In this document: in pieces, positions 7,892 through 17,543 of the stretch
Position numbering within the stretch: position 1 is the stretch's first letter
How the letters are laid out: every line of letters begins with the position of its first letter
Virus record (IMG/VR): IMGVR_UViG_3300037311_000287
Location: 1 to 35,713 of that record
Length of the DNA stretch: 35,713 nucleotides
DNA from: a virus
Taxonomy: Duplodnaviria; Caudoviricetes
Reading direction: 5' to 3' (one strand)
Made by a program: the position numbers and the translations under genes
The notes under the pieces: model-generated
What the model saw: the letters and a program-made list of their open reading frames with translations, nothing else
What the model was told of the DNA's origin: nothing
Database searches by the model: none

Positions 7892-9043
7892 TTATACTAC
7901 TCTTTGGATGAACAATAAGACCAGGTATGGAGGTCTGTTTTCGTGACTTTGCCCTCCACCCTGATAGGGCACATCAATGGGGGTACTCAGTAAATCTGGC
8001 TCTGTGCCGGAACCAGTGGCATCTGTTGAAGTCGTAGTGCGTGAATCCCCCGCAATGGTTTTCCGGATCAGACCATACTCACCAGGATCAACTCCACCTC
8101 CTGAAGGGGTATTGCCAGTGTGATTGTGAGAGGGCAATTCAGCAATGGTGAGTGTGTGCCTCTTGCTGCCTCCTGTAGCGTTCACCGTATTGTAAGATGG
8201 GTCCCAGATGTTTCCTCCTGGATCGCTGGTTCTATTGTCATAAGCCACTGGGAAACGGCTTCTGAGATCCACGGTATTATTCTGACCATTGCAAATGGCA
8301 AATCCTTTGTAGGGAGTGTTTGGTAAAGCCATGCCGGTGTTATCAAAGTAGTCGGGTAACCATTTGCCCATCAATATGGAATTCAGAGGTGTGTTGAATC
8401 TCCACCAGACGTGTTGCAAACGTTGTGAGGTGTCTGCATTGAAGGTGACAAATGTGCCCGACGTAGGAAGCACCGTAGTGAAGGTGGCATCATCCTTCAG
8501 ATAAACAGGATAAGGCCCCAAATAACCAGGAGTAGCTTTCAGCACACCGTTAAATGACACAAAGCCAGGATCAATTTCTACCACACCGGCTGCCCCTTGA
8601 ATTTCACAGCCACTCAAGATAACCACTGGCTCCAGATCAGTTACAAAGGCAAAGCGCTGCTTGATTGACTGCAAGCTTTCTATCCTGGCTAGGTCAGCAA
8701 AATTGTATTGGACTGGACCACTGCCAAAAACACATTTTCTGACAAAGTATCGATCATATAGCGTACCGTCCTGGTTCGCTTTCTGGCTTACGTCTTCCTG
8801 GATAATAAATGTGCTTTGCGTTGCTCCTCCCTGGAAGTAAATCAGCTCACCATTAAGCAATACCCAACCATCACTGGCCACACCACCAGTAACATCTAAT
8901 CCATACAGGATGACGTTGCCAGAACCAGCCATCCTTGCCAGTGCATTGCAGGCATCCTGGTAGGTTTCCTGCATGAATTGCAGGGTGCTGTCACTTTCAA
9001 GAGGAAAGCCATTTGATGACGTTGTAAAATCAGCAGTGTTCAT
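7892..9043 (-). CDS. Baseplate/tail-fibre protein with tail-collar-like C-terminal domain
   Basis: GFAICNGQNNTVDLRSRF...TGG..HTLTIAELPSHNH...HENRPPYLVLLFIQR is the typical tail-collar pattern. Confidence 0.85.
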   Translation of the reverse strand: MNTADFTTSSNGFPLESDSTLQFMQETYQDACNALARMAGSGNVILYGLDVTGGVASDGWVLLNGELIYFQGGATQSTFIIQEDVSQKANQDGTLYDRYFVRKCVFGSGPVQYNFADLARIESLQSIKQRFAFVTDLEPVVILSGCEIQGAAGVVEIDPGFVSFNGVLKATPGYLGPYPVYLKDDATFTTVLPTSGTFVTFNADTSQRLQHVWWRFNTPLNSILMGKWLPDYFDNTGMALPNTPYKGFAICNGQNNTVDLRSRFPVAYDNRTSDPGGNIWDPSYNTVNATGGSKRHTLTIAELPSHNHTGNTPSGGGVDPGEYGLIRKTIAGDSRTTTSTDATGSGTEPDLLSTPIDVPYQGGGQSHENRPPYLVLLFIQRVV

Positions 9044-9480
9044 ATGATCCAGCGAATTGAATAGTTCTTAGAAGGTAGTTTGTACTTATTGATGTATGCC
9101 CGAATTCTTGTTTCTTCTGGCCTGAGTGTTTGAGGGATGTAAACCACAAAGTCCCCTTGAGTGCTGCTTAAGAATTGGGGTAAATAAATAGGCTTGTTTT
9201 CTGGTGCCGTATAAATAAAAATACTGTCAACGATTCTACCATCTTCAATATAGATGCGCTTTTGAACACCATCAAAAATCCTGTTTAATCCTGCCTTTAA
9301 CTTACAAACTTGGCCATTCGTTTGGATGTCAGTATATTTTTCAATGGTAAATGCTTTGAATGAAGAATGAAGGCCAATCAAAGGCAAAAGCAATGCCTTT
9401 AACCAGGCAAACATCCTTGGTTGTCTAATCACATTTGGTAAGAACCAATACAGAAATCTATTTAGATCAAAGTCATACAT
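9040..9480 (-). CDS. Baseplate wedge protein (gpI / Mu gp48-like)
   Basis: Follows the J-like gene with overlap; NGQVCKL...LN..FD motif seen in Bacteroidota myophage wedge proteins. Confidence 0.65.
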   Translation of the reverse strand: MYDFDLNRFLYWFLPNVIRQPRMFAWLKALLLPLIGLHSSFKAFTIEKYTDIQTNGQVCKLKAGLNRIFDGVQKRIYIEDGRIVDSIFIYTAPENKPIYLPQFLSSTQGDFVVYIPQTLRPEETRIRAYINKYKLPSKNYSIRWII

Positions 9481-10300
9481 TGGCTACGTAGTTGACTGTG
9501 ATTGTATCAATGGATAAATAGCCAGCGAATGGCTGGTACTTTATTTGGAAACCAGCAAAGGATGGATTGTCGTGCCTACGGGCCTGGGCGCTATTGATGT
9601 GTGGAATAACAATACCCGGAGTTGACTGCAACGTGTCAACCAATGAAGCAAGAACCAGTTCACCATTAAATGGCAGGTTTTTCAGATGGCTTTCTACGGC
9701 TGTCTGAATAACATTGTTATCGCTGCCATCAAGTCGGGAACCAGTTGAACTTATGAGCTGTGGGTCATAGTACACAGTCATATCTAACTTCAATTTGTCT
9801 GAATTTGCCGAAACCAAAATCAATCTTACACCAGCGTCTTTAATTTCAAACAGGTAGCTCTCCAGCGCATCAAATTCGGTGCTATTAAGCTGCTGAAAAA
9901 CTCCTGATACCTCCTTTGCTGCTTTTATGGTGAGTAACCCCTGTGATTCAGTGGCAGCTGCTGCCTTTACTATTTTTTGCGCAGTTACCTGGTCATCAGT
10001 CAATGCAGAATTATCATATACATCACTGCCATCAGGCAACGCACTGCCAAATTGGAATGCTTTGGTCTTTGCTTGATACCATGAAAGTGTGTGTGGCTTT
10101 TGAAGGGCAATCATAGCCTCTACATTACTCTGATGCAAGTCAAACAGTGACTCCATGAAGTAGTGGGCAGAAGCTATAATAAAAATCCATAGCCGGTAGA
10201 TAGAACTGGCGGAACCGCTATTCAATGCGGAAAGTACTGGATCAGCCTGTACGGCTGAAAGTATCTGATTTCTAATCGCCTGGATTGAACGGATCGCCAT
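9473..10300 (-). CDS. Baseplate J-like wedge protein
   Basis: Likely start MAIRSIQ at 10300 (track extends to 10345); KDAGV and LPFNGEL...LVD.LQ..PG motifs; synteny. Confidence 0.75.
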   Translation of the reverse strand: MAIRSIQAIRNQILSAVQADPVLSALNSGSASSIYRLWIFIIASAHYFMESLFDLHQSNVEAMIALQKPHTLSWYQAKTKAFQFGSALPDGSDVYDNSALTDDQVTAQKIVKAAAATESQGLLTIKAAKEVSGVFQQLNSTEFDALESYLFEIKDAGVRLILVSANSDKLKLDMTVYYDPQLISSTGSRLDGSDNNVIQTAVESHLKNLPFNGELVLASLVDTLQSTPGIVIPHINSAQARRHDNPSFAGFQIKYQPFAGYLSIDTITVNYVANV

Positions 10301-10832
10301 AAAAAATATCTGTTGTAAAGTTGTTACCTGGGATAATGCCCCCAACTATAAAGTCGATTTCGATGCCCCAAAAATCAATTCCTTCAGGTAGTATAAATTC
10401 ACCGGAGGAAGGTTTGTAATTACCTTCAGTAAAATAGTTGGCAATTCTACCCGAAGTTCTCTGCGTAACTACTGGTACCTTCAAAGTGATTCCGGGAGGC
10501 AATGGGTAAGTCCAGGATAAAAAATTAAGCCTGCCTATGACTGGTGCATAATGGACATCACCACAGTGCTGAATAGCTAAGTCATATACTGATTGGTCAA
10601 CTCCTACGGTAACTTCCTTTGTCTTTGTGTACATGGGCATAAACTCCAACTCATTGACAATTGGTAAGTCATCACTGTTATCGGGAGTAATTACTAAAAG
10701 CTCAGTGCCAGCGTTAAGTACCTGGGTTACTTTTATTCTGTTCACTTCAGCCAATTCCAGCGCAGTAACTCCGTAGAGTTTGCTTACCTCAGCAAGTGTA
10801 GAGGTGGAAGTGACCGTGTGAACTCTATACAT
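10272..10832 (-). CDS. LysM-like baseplate protein (P2 gpX-like)
   Basis: Two LysM-like segments (TLAEVSKLYG..ELAEVN; QSVYDLAIQHCG) and a C-terminal EGIDFWGIEIDFIV motif. Confidence 0.75.
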   Translation of the reverse strand: MYRVHTVTSTSTLAEVSKLYGVTALELAEVNRIKVTQVLNAGTELLVITPDNSDDLPIVNELEFMPMYTKTKEVTVGVDQSVYDLAIQHCGDVHYAPVIGRLNFLSWTYPLPPGITLKVPVVTQRTSGRIANYFTEGNYKPSSGEFILPEGIDFWGIEIDFIVGGIIPGNNFTTDIFYGDPFNPGD

Positions 10833-11115
10833 ATTGGGCCTCTATTTGAAGTTTGTTGTTAACTGTTTGAATAACTGAAACATCCATACCATCAATTTCA
10901 TACTCACGCTTAATTTGACCATTAAGGTCCCCGGCTCTTTCATCATTCAGCCATGACTGCAATCCAACTCCACGAGTGGGAAATTCCCTTAACTCACCTT
11001 TCTCTATGAGCAGTAGCAAGCGCTGGTGTTGCAGTGTGCTTTCACCAATCACAAAGTCACCTGATTCAATTACCAGGTCATTATCAGCGCTGTCTATGGC
11101 TATGTCAAAAGGCAT
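10825..11115 (-). CDS. Baseplate sheath-initiator-like protein (gp25 / Mu gp46-like)
   Basis: DLVIESGDFVIGES..QH...KGELREFPTRGVG pattern; size and synteny. Confidence 0.7.
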   Translation of the reverse strand: MPFDIAIDSADNDLVIESGDFVIGESTLQHQRLLLLIEKGELREFPTRGVGLQSWLNDERAGDLNGQIKREYEIDGMDVSVIQTVNNKLQIEAQYV

Positions 11116-11615
11116 TACTGAAGTAGTTGATTGATTTTAGTTTTCAAGGCAATGAATTGAGCGCTATTTACCGGAGTACTAGATGGGCCAACAGGAGTTG
11201 TTACCGTAATAGCTGTGATGGCATCAACCAGATCAGATAGAATGTCACCCAGATTGTTAGGACCCTTCTGAATTTTAACGCCACTGGAATCAACTACCAG
11301 TTCTGTGGTTTCCACTTCAGCTCTGACACTCTGCACCTCCGACATCATGATGACTTGCATGAATTCAGAGTTTTTCCCGCTAGCTGATACGATCACATCA
11401 CTTCCGATCCTGGGAGTCACTATAAACCCAGCAGTGTCATCCACAGCTGTGGCCCTGAATCGAACGTCGTACAGCTCCAATCCTGACTCGTTGACCACGT
11501 CTACTGTGTTGTCATCATTCACAGCAATCACCTGGGCAACAAACACAGCAACATTCTGCCTGTTGGCAACGAATTTCTTCAGAGCTATCCTTAAAGCTTC
11601 AGCACCATCAGCCAT
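11115..11615 (-). CDS. Baseplate central spike (gpV / Mu gp45-like)
   Basis: OB-fold-like N-terminus with P.IGS.VIV motif and C-terminal ITVTTPVGPS; follows the hub gene. Confidence 0.7.
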   Translation of the reverse strand: MADGAEALRIALKKFVANRQNVAVFVAQVIAVNDDNTVDVVNESGLELYDVRFRATAVDDTAGFIVTPRIGSDVIVSASGKNSEFMQVIMMSEVQSVRAEVETTELVVDSSGVKIQKGPNNLGDILSDLVDAITAITVTTPVGPSSTPVNSAQFIALKTKINQLLQ

Positions 11616-12588
11616 TTATAGAGGTTTTTATGCCAAGGGTTACTTTCCTTCGACCGCCATTTTCATTGGCCGTAGTAACCACTTTGTCAATTATGTAATC
11701 ACCATCCCTGTTGGTGTTGAACAGCCGGTTTATAAATCTGGATGCATTGCCTGGTTCGCAGAATGGAATGAGAAACGTGGTGAAGTCACCGGAAAATCCG
11801 GAGTACTTATACTTCTGAATTTCATTCCGGGTTATTTTCTCAAGCTCTTTCTTGTCTGTAATATTATAGAAGTGAAGTGTCCTTGCCTCACCATCCTGGT
11901 CCCCTGTTTCAACAGTCACCTTGGTGTTGTTTTTTCTCCACCCAATGGCTTTGATTTTTAGACGTACATCATCTTCACTTTTCCATTCCAGCGAGTGATC
12001 TATGACATTGCTACCCATTACATGTTTTACCGTGGTATCGCTTTTGGGTGTGGCCAGTGAGACGTACAGATTCTTCCCATTCAACCACATTTCCAAGCCA
12101 TATTCTTCCTTGAGCTTTTCAATTGCTGAAGCAGCTGTAGTTTCCTTCAGGTAAAAAGGAGCCAGCGTGATGACAGGTATTTCACCTGCCAGCGTCACGC
12201 CGGTCCCGACCATGGAATAAACCAAAACATCCTTAAGGGTGACCGATTTCCAGGATTTATTAAGGGTTTTTCTTCTTAGATGAAAGGTCTCATCAATGCA
12301 TTCAATGATTGTTGGAAAGCCTGGTTCTATTTTGGAAACATAGCCAGTAAATTCCTCTTGGAGTACCCCGTCATAGCCAAGCTTTACCGTAACAGGATCA
12401 CCATACTTAAAGGTCTTTGCTGTTTCCACATTGGTTAGGTATTGTCCTTTTCTTTCCAGGATAGCCGTGGCAGGAAGGGATATAACAGCAGTACTGCCCA
12501 GTGCCAGCCTGGACTTGGTGACTTCAACGGAATTTACCCGCTTAAAGCGCTTACCTGCAATTGTTATATCTACATCAAGCCTGTACAT
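11608..12588 (-). CDS. Baseplate hub (late control gpD / Mu gp44-like)
   Basis: GDPVTVKLGYDG...EFTGYV and DGDYIIDKVVT motifs; 326 aa. Confidence 0.85.
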   Translation of the reverse strand: MYRLDVDITIAGKRFKRVNSVEVTKSRLALGSTAVISLPATAILERKGQYLTNVETAKTFKYGDPVTVKLGYDGVLQEEFTGYVSKIEPGFPTIIECIDETFHLRRKTLNKSWKSVTLKDVLVYSMVGTGVTLAGEIPVITLAPFYLKETTAASAIEKLKEEYGLEMWLNGKNLYVSLATPKSDTTVKHVMGSNVIDHSLEWKSEDDVRLKIKAIGWRKNNTKVTVETGDQDGEARTLHFYNITDKKELEKITRNEIQKYKYSGFSGDFTTFLIPFCEPGNASRFINRLFNTNRDGDYIIDKVVTTANENGGRRKVTLGIKTSING

Positions 12589-12590
12589 GG

Positions 12591-13199
12591 CTAATCAATT
12601 TCTAGGATAAAATCTTCATCACTGATGCATGTTATCTGGTATGCCTGTGCGTGTTGAATACCTATCATTTCTGGGAATTCGATGCTGGTAATTACTACCC
12701 TATAAATGCCCAAAAGGGAAGTCAATGCGCTAGTAATTTCCAGGGAAGTGTTGCGCTCGTAGAGCTTTTTCAACTCCCTTACCTGGTCTTCAGGGTATGC
12801 GTAAAAATCCTTTGGAGTGATTGCAATACCTCGAATGGTCAGCTGATAATCTTCAGTGCCAATTAGCTCCTTAACTGACCCCTTCTTAGTGCTGCCAACC
12901 ACCGTCGTTTCAACGATTCTTTTCCTGCCACTGATAGCTACTGACGGTTCATTGGGCAGCAACACCCCACCTATGCGAATTGGAAGGAATAAGCTTCTGC
13001 CGTTAAAATTTTGAGCGGCCAATTCCTCCCTTACTGAAAGAAATTCAATACCTTCTTCGCTACCCTGTTGAATAGCATCAAATGCCTCTTCCTGCTTATA
13101 CTCCTGGGTGTATGCCTGGCCAGGATCAAAGGGTTTCCCGCGACCTATGCCAAAAACTTGCTGGAAGAGTGTACCTATGTCCAATGTGATAGTAGCCAT
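12591..13199 (-). CDS. Tail tube-initiator-like protein (DUF6046-like)
   Basis: IVET.V.G..GSVKELIG.EDY..TIRG motif; lies directly after the tape measure gene. Confidence 0.75.
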   Translation of the reverse strand: MATITLDIGTLFQQVFGIGRGKPFDPGQAYTQEYKQEEAFDAIQQGSEEGIEFLSVREELAAQNFNGRSLFLPIRIGGVLLPNEPSVAISGRKRIVETTVVGSTKKGSVKELIGTEDYQLTIRGIAITPKDFYAYPEDQVRELKKLYERNTSLEITSALTSLLGIYRVVITSIEFPEMIGIQHAQAYQITCISDEDFILEID

Positions 13200-14869
13200 C
13201 AGTTCGTTTGAATTTGGTTCGCACTATTGATGACTTGTGCCAGCTTACGCATCAGCATATCTGCCATTTCATCAACCCCTTCAGTTACATTGGCTGCATG
13301 GATTTCTATTTTGTCCTGTAGCTTACCTAAGTTGATGGTGATGTTCTTTTGTGACTTACCACCTCCAGTAATGTTATTGATGCCCTTTGTGACAGTGTCG
13401 TTTTTAGTGTTTTTAGTGTCCGTTGTGCCTCCAAATTTTGTATTACCTAATGCACCACCACTACCTGGCAGCATGTCTGAAACTTGTATTGGCTTTGCAT
13501 TTAATCCTTGCTCGAACCCAGCATTAAACCTACCTGCTATTTCAGTACCAGCATTGAAAAGTTTATCTGCCATACCCATTGCCTTATCGGCATAATCTGA
13601 TATAGCAGAGCTGATCATATCATAGTCAAGTGTGAAAATCCCATACATGACTTTACCCAACATGATAAATGGTTCTATCATTTGAGTGTATAGGATTTCA
13701 CCAAACCACTTGATCACCTCCCACATGCCTAGTAGAAAACCACGGAACTTATCAAACTTATTCCAGGCATAAACTACAGCAGCGGCAATACCTATGACTA
13801 ATCCAATGACAACTCCTATAGGGTTTGCCCAAAAGGCTGCATTCAATGACCAGGTAGCTCCGGTCCATCCGGCAGTTAAGAAGGTAGTTGTGGCTAAATA
13901 AGCTTGATAAGCTATCTGCAAACCCATATATACTTTCTGTGCAACATATAATCCAGCAAACCCACTTGCCATTAGCAACAACCATCTCCAATTTTCACCA
14001 ATCCACTTTATTGATGGTATTAAAAATCCATTTAAGAAAGCTAGCGAAGCTGGCAATAATTCATTCCCTAAAGCAACTTTTGTGTAGAATATTGCTGATT
14101 GCAAATCATTAAACTTTGCTTGAGCACCTTCTACAGCTTGCCCAACACCTTTATCAAAGGTTTGATCTAATATTTTTGTAAACCTGGGTAAAAACGTTTT
14201 TGCTTGGATCTCACCAGACTTTAGCATATCACCTAGCTTTTCTGAAGTAACTCCCATGCCTTCAGCCGCTAATGAGAATGCCCCATATAACCTTTCCCCT
14301 AATTGACCTCTAAGTTCCTCTGCACTAATAGTTCCTTTAGATGCCATTTGGGTTAGGGCCAGAAATGCCCCTTCAGTTTGCTCAGAGTTTAGCTTTAAAA
14401 CAGTAGCACCTTTAGATAGGGCAGAAAACAGCTGATTAGTTTCATCTGCTGCCATCCCACTACCCATCATACCGGCATGCAATTTTGTGAAACTCCTGGT
14501 TGCTACTTCAGCATTCAAATGCAATGATTCAATAGTACTTTCAAGAAATGCAATATTTTTTGCCGCTGCTTGTTCGCCCCCAGAAGAGAATGTTAATGCA
14601 TCCGTCATTCCTTGGTTATTAGCCGCAGTTTGAATTGAATTCATAACTCCAGCGGCTATACCAAGCTGTGCCACCAACCCCGTAACATCTGAAGTGATAT
14701 TGCCAAATGAATTGTTGGCACCCACTTTTTTCATGGATGAATTCACTTCATCCATCTTGGAGTCAATGCGTGTCAGAGATGACTCCATTTTCTCCAGGAG
14801 CGTCACGGCCTTAGCCACCGATGATTCACCGGTAAGAGATAGTGCTATGCCGTAGGTAAATCCGCTCAT
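13199..14869 (-). CDS. Tape measure protein
   Basis: ALTQMASKGTISAEELRGQLGERL tape-measure motif, ANPIG..I hydrophobic segment, Ala/Gly-rich. Confidence 0.92.
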   Translation of the reverse strand: MSGFTYGIALSLTGESSVAKAVTLLEKMESSLTRIDSKMDEVNSSMKKVGANNSFGNITSDVTGLVAQLGIAAGVMNSIQTAANNQGMTDALTFSSGGEQAAAKNIAFLESTIESLHLNAEVATRSFTKLHAGMMGSGMAADETNQLFSALSKGATVLKLNSEQTEGAFLALTQMASKGTISAEELRGQLGERLYGAFSLAAEGMGVTSEKLGDMLKSGEIQAKTFLPRFTKILDQTFDKGVGQAVEGAQAKFNDLQSAIFYTKVALGNELLPASLAFLNGFLIPSIKWIGENWRWLLLMASGFAGLYVAQKVYMGLQIAYQAYLATTTFLTAGWTGATWSLNAAFWANPIGVVIGLVIGIAAAVVYAWNKFDKFRGFLLGMWEVIKWFGEILYTQMIEPFIMLGKVMYGIFTLDYDMISSAISDYADKAMGMADKLFNAGTEIAGRFNAGFEQGLNAKPIQVSDMLPGSGGALGNTKFGGTTDTKNTKNDTVTKGINNITGGGKSQKNITINLGKLQDKIEIHAANVTEGVDEMADMLMRKLAQVINSANQIQTN

Positions 14870-15036
14870 TTCTTTCCTGCTTCTTTTTTACGGATGTCCT
14901 CCAATACCTTGAAGTGCATCACCCATTCTATGTCACTGAGTTGGCCCGGGTCAACCCCCAGGTAATAGCGAAGCATCACATTGGTGTAATTGATAAAGTC
15001 AATATCAGCAACGGTTACTTCGCTTAAAGCTTTTTT
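14866..15036 (-). CDS. Tail assembly chaperone T extension, reached by -1 frameshift from 15024..15314
   Basis: The -1 frame is open from the A AAA AAG site to a TGA overlapping the tape-measure ATG: KALSEVTVADIDFINYTNVMLRYYLGVDPGQLSDIEWVMHFKVLEDIRKKEAGKK. Confidence 0.85.
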   Translation of the reverse strand, partial: KKALSEVTVADIDFINYTNVMLRYYLGVDPGQLSDIEWVMHFKVLEDIRKKEAGKK

Positions 15037-15314
15037 ACTTCAGCTGTTACTACACCAATGATGTTATCCATCTGACCAGCCAGGCTTACCAGGCAGCCAA
15101 CGTCTTCCTTCATTTCAGCATCACCTTCCACCCAGCAGTTGGCCAGGATGGTTTCAGCACCAGCCAGAGGGTCCTTTCTGGAGTTGGCTAATGCCAATCC
15201 CACCACATGCCTGGATGGTTTTTTGATGATGCAGCTTTTGCCCTCTACTTCGAGTAGAATGATTTCGCCGTGCGCTTTTTTCAGCGCTTCAATTTTCTCC
15301 TTGGTGAATTCCAT
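15024..15314 (-). CDS. Tail assembly chaperone G
   Basis: Lies between tube and tape measure; ends in the slippery sequence GTA AAA AAG CTT TAA. Confidence 0.85.
   Translation of the reverse strand: MEFTKEKIEALKKAHGEIILLEVEGKSCIIKKPSRHVVGLALANSRKDPLAGAETILANCWVEGDAEMKEDVGCLVSLAGQMDNIIGVVTAEVKKL
15030..15036 (-). promoter_or_regulatory. Programmed -1 ribosomal frameshift heptamer A AAA AAG
   Basis: X XXY YYZ heptamer in the correct frame one codon before the G stop. Confidence 0.85.
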
Positions 15315-15348
15315 GTTACTTCAATTGGTTGGTGAATGAATTTGATTT

Positions 15349-15377
15349 AAAAACCAGTGCGCTTTCCGGCGCACTGG
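15349..15377 (-). terminator. Hairpin terminator/attenuator after the tube gene
   Basis: ccagtgcgc-cggaaa-gcgcactgg-ttttt on the minus strand. Confidence 0.65.
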
Positions 15378-15395
15378 CATCCCATGAACTTAGAC

Positions 15396-15815
15396 TTAGA
15401 CACGCTCTTTAATGTCCAATGCCATGAATGGCAATTCTATCTCCGCGTATTTGTCGTTTTGCTCTAATCCTTTGTTGTACTCCGTAATTGAGGCACCGCT
15501 GATCACATCAGTTACGCTGTTGATACCTTCCCCATAACTTACCACTATGTCAAATTGTATGTCCAAAATGGAGTAAGTAGGGTTGATGGTTTTAGCAGCC
15601 ACTGTCAGCTGTTCCAGCTCACTTTGAAGCAGCATCAAAGTACCCTCTACAGATTCGTTGCCTGTTTGAATAGCCAGTGGCTTGCTGCCACGGCCATACA
15701 CGTATTCTTTTTCTACACTCCTGGTGTATTCAATTCCCTGAACACCGGTCAGAGTTCTTCCCAGAACAACAATTTTTACGTCACTCCAGGAATATTGTCT
15801 TGTGCTAAATGCCAT
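15396..15815 (-). CDS. Tail tube protein
   Basis: 139 aa directly after the sheath; YSWSD..V...G, YGRG.KP.AIQ.GN and ELPF.AL motifs. Confidence 0.88.
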   Translation of the reverse strand: MAFSTRQYSWSDVKIVVLGRTLTGVQGIEYTRSVEKEYVYGRGSKPLAIQTGNESVEGTLMLLQSELEQLTVAAKTINPTYSILDIQFDIVVSYGEGINSVTDVISGASITEYNKGLEQNDKYAEIELPFMALDIKERV

Positions 15816-15820
15816 AGTTG

Positions 15821-17014
15821 TTAGCCGTTTGCTGGGTTAGAAAAGCCCAAAGTGACATCAATTGCCTTAGCATAACCAAGGGGTACTATCCTGCACTCCA
15901 CGGTCAATTTGCCTGTGGAAAGGATGTTGACTGTTGGATCCACAAAGGCGTTAAATGCAGCTATTTCACCTTCAGCCGTCATAGCACCATCAACAGCATT
16001 TTCAATGATGCTTTGGTAATACTTTGCTTTGGCCGTTTCAATATTCCCGGTCGTTGGTTCTACCAGAATTTCATCCAGAATTTCATTGACATAAATCTGG
16101 TAAGCTATGCGCGCCACCTTGTCAATGATTCTGCCACGTGCCACACTGTTATAGTCGTCTGTAGCCACCGTAGCAGTTGGGTCATCACTGAAGTAGTAGC
16201 CAGAACGTCCAGCGTACTTACGCACCGTGATAAACCCTTTGTCGTGGATGGTTGCGTTGGAAGCACCAAAGCTTTCCAGAGTGGCAGTGCCCAGGTAAGC
16301 AGCACTGATAGGTAAAGCACCTGACTTCACTCTACCCACGTTGCGCTGTACCGGTACTGTGGCCAGGACGCCAGCCAATAATCCAACAGCAGCACCATTA
16401 CCCGTAGCTGTGTCACCTATCATTACTGCCACAGCGTTGTGGCTGAAGGTTTTCAAGTTTACAAGAGTACCTGAATTACCCGTAAAATAGATGCCCTCAA
16501 TGATTACCCTGATGGGTGTGAAGCGGCTGAAGAATTCAGCTGCTAAACCCTGAGCATTGGGCAGTGCATTCACCACATCTATGTCTACCTGGTTGGCCAC
16601 GGTGTTTGCAGTGAATCCACCTGCTGGGCTTCTGGTAACTACTAGCATCCTGATTTCACCACCAGCTGCCTCCAGCAATTTCACGGCATAGTTGGCCTGT
16701 GTCTTATCCACCATAGTAGACATGGTGACAGCATTAGACACAAACATGATCCACAGTGGAGTGCCTGTGGGTGCTACGCGGTAAAAATCCGCTATGTGCT
16801 TGTAACACCTAACGGTATTGGTAGTGTCAAAACTTGCAGTGATGCCTAAGCCTTCAGCTTCAGCCAGTGAAGTAATCTGCCTGGGAGTCAACAATGCAAG
16901 GCCAGAAGGTGCTACAGCACTTTGCAGAAGCATTCCTACTAACCCATCCTGGCTATCAGGCAATAAACCAATGGCCCCGTTGTCCAGGGCAATAGAAACA
17001 CCAGGTAATGCCAT
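15821..17014 (-). CDS. Contractile tail sheath protein (DUF2586-like)
   Basis: VQRNVGRVKSG, GFITVRKYAGRSGYYFSDD..A...DDY...RIIDK and P.GYA..I.V.LGF motifs. Confidence 0.9.
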   Translation of the reverse strand: MALPGVSIALDNGAIGLLPDSQDGLVGMLLQSAVAPSGLALLTPRQITSLAEAEGLGITASFDTTNTVRCYKHIADFYRVAPTGTPLWIMFVSNAVTMSTMVDKTQANYAVKLLEAAGGEIRMLVVTRSPAGGFTANTVANQVDIDVVNALPNAQGLAAEFFSRFTPIRVIIEGIYFTGNSGTLVNLKTFSHNAVAVMIGDTATGNGAAVGLLAGVLATVPVQRNVGRVKSGALPISAAYLGTATLESFGASNATIHDKGFITVRKYAGRSGYYFSDDPTATVATDDYNSVARGRIIDKVARIAYQIYVNEILDEILVEPTTGNIETAKAKYYQSIIENAVDGAMTAEGEIAAFNAFVDPTVNILSTGKLTVECRIVPLGYAKAIDVTLGFSNPANG

Positions 17015-17097
17015 GGTGATAAATTGACTTTTGTGCTTGAAATGGGCACACCACTGTTACATGTGGTGTGCCATATGAGAATGTGGGTCGCTACTGG

Positions 17098-17502
17098 CTA
17101 CTTAAAACTTCCTCCTGGACTGGCCTTATTCGGTATGAGCCAGTCAAGTATCTTCTTGATGAAGTTGAAAATACTATTGTCCTTTTCCGAAGGGGTAAGT
17201 CTAATTATCACTTCCAGAAATCCCAGGAAAGCTGCAATCAATGCACCCCAGTTATCTTGAACAATAGTCCAGATGTTGCTTTTAGGTGGCGCCTCCTGAA
17301 CAACCGATCGTTCCGCGTTCGACACTACCTCGTTTGCAAAAAGAGTGTCAGCACCGGCGTCATCACTGACATTGGTAGATGCACTCGCATCGGTGGTGCT
17401 GAACACCGGCTTTTCAAGTTCCATTTTGCCTGCACAGCTTTGAACTGCCACTAAGGCAATCAGCGCAAGCAAAAAAGGGTAAATGAATGTTTTGAATTTC
17501 AT
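17098..17502 (-). CDS. Lipoprotein with C-terminal transmembrane segment (holin-like / u-spanin-like)
   Basis: Lipobox-like LVAVQS|C, polar linker, TM segment WGALIAAFLGFLEVII followed by TPSEKD. Confidence 0.6.
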   Translation of the reverse strand: MKFKTFIYPFLLALIALVAVQSCAGKMELEKPVFSTTDASASTNVSDDAGADTLFANEVVSNAERSVVQEAPPKSNIWTIVQDNWGALIAAFLGFLEVIIRLTPSEKDNSIFNFIKKILDWLIPNKASPGGSFK

Positions 17503-17543
17503 AATGAATCCTTTAAAGGGTGGTGGTGGTTATTGGGATAGCC

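Noticed and set aside
4604-9043. Diversity-generating retroelement or invertible fibre segment
   Set aside because: No reverse transcriptase, no template/variable repeat pair and no invertase were seen in the window; the unseen part of the prophage cannot be excluded.
7441-17014. Stand-alone contractile injection system or tailocin
   Set aside because: Capsid, protease, terminase, portal and transposase genes are all present, so this is a phage tail.
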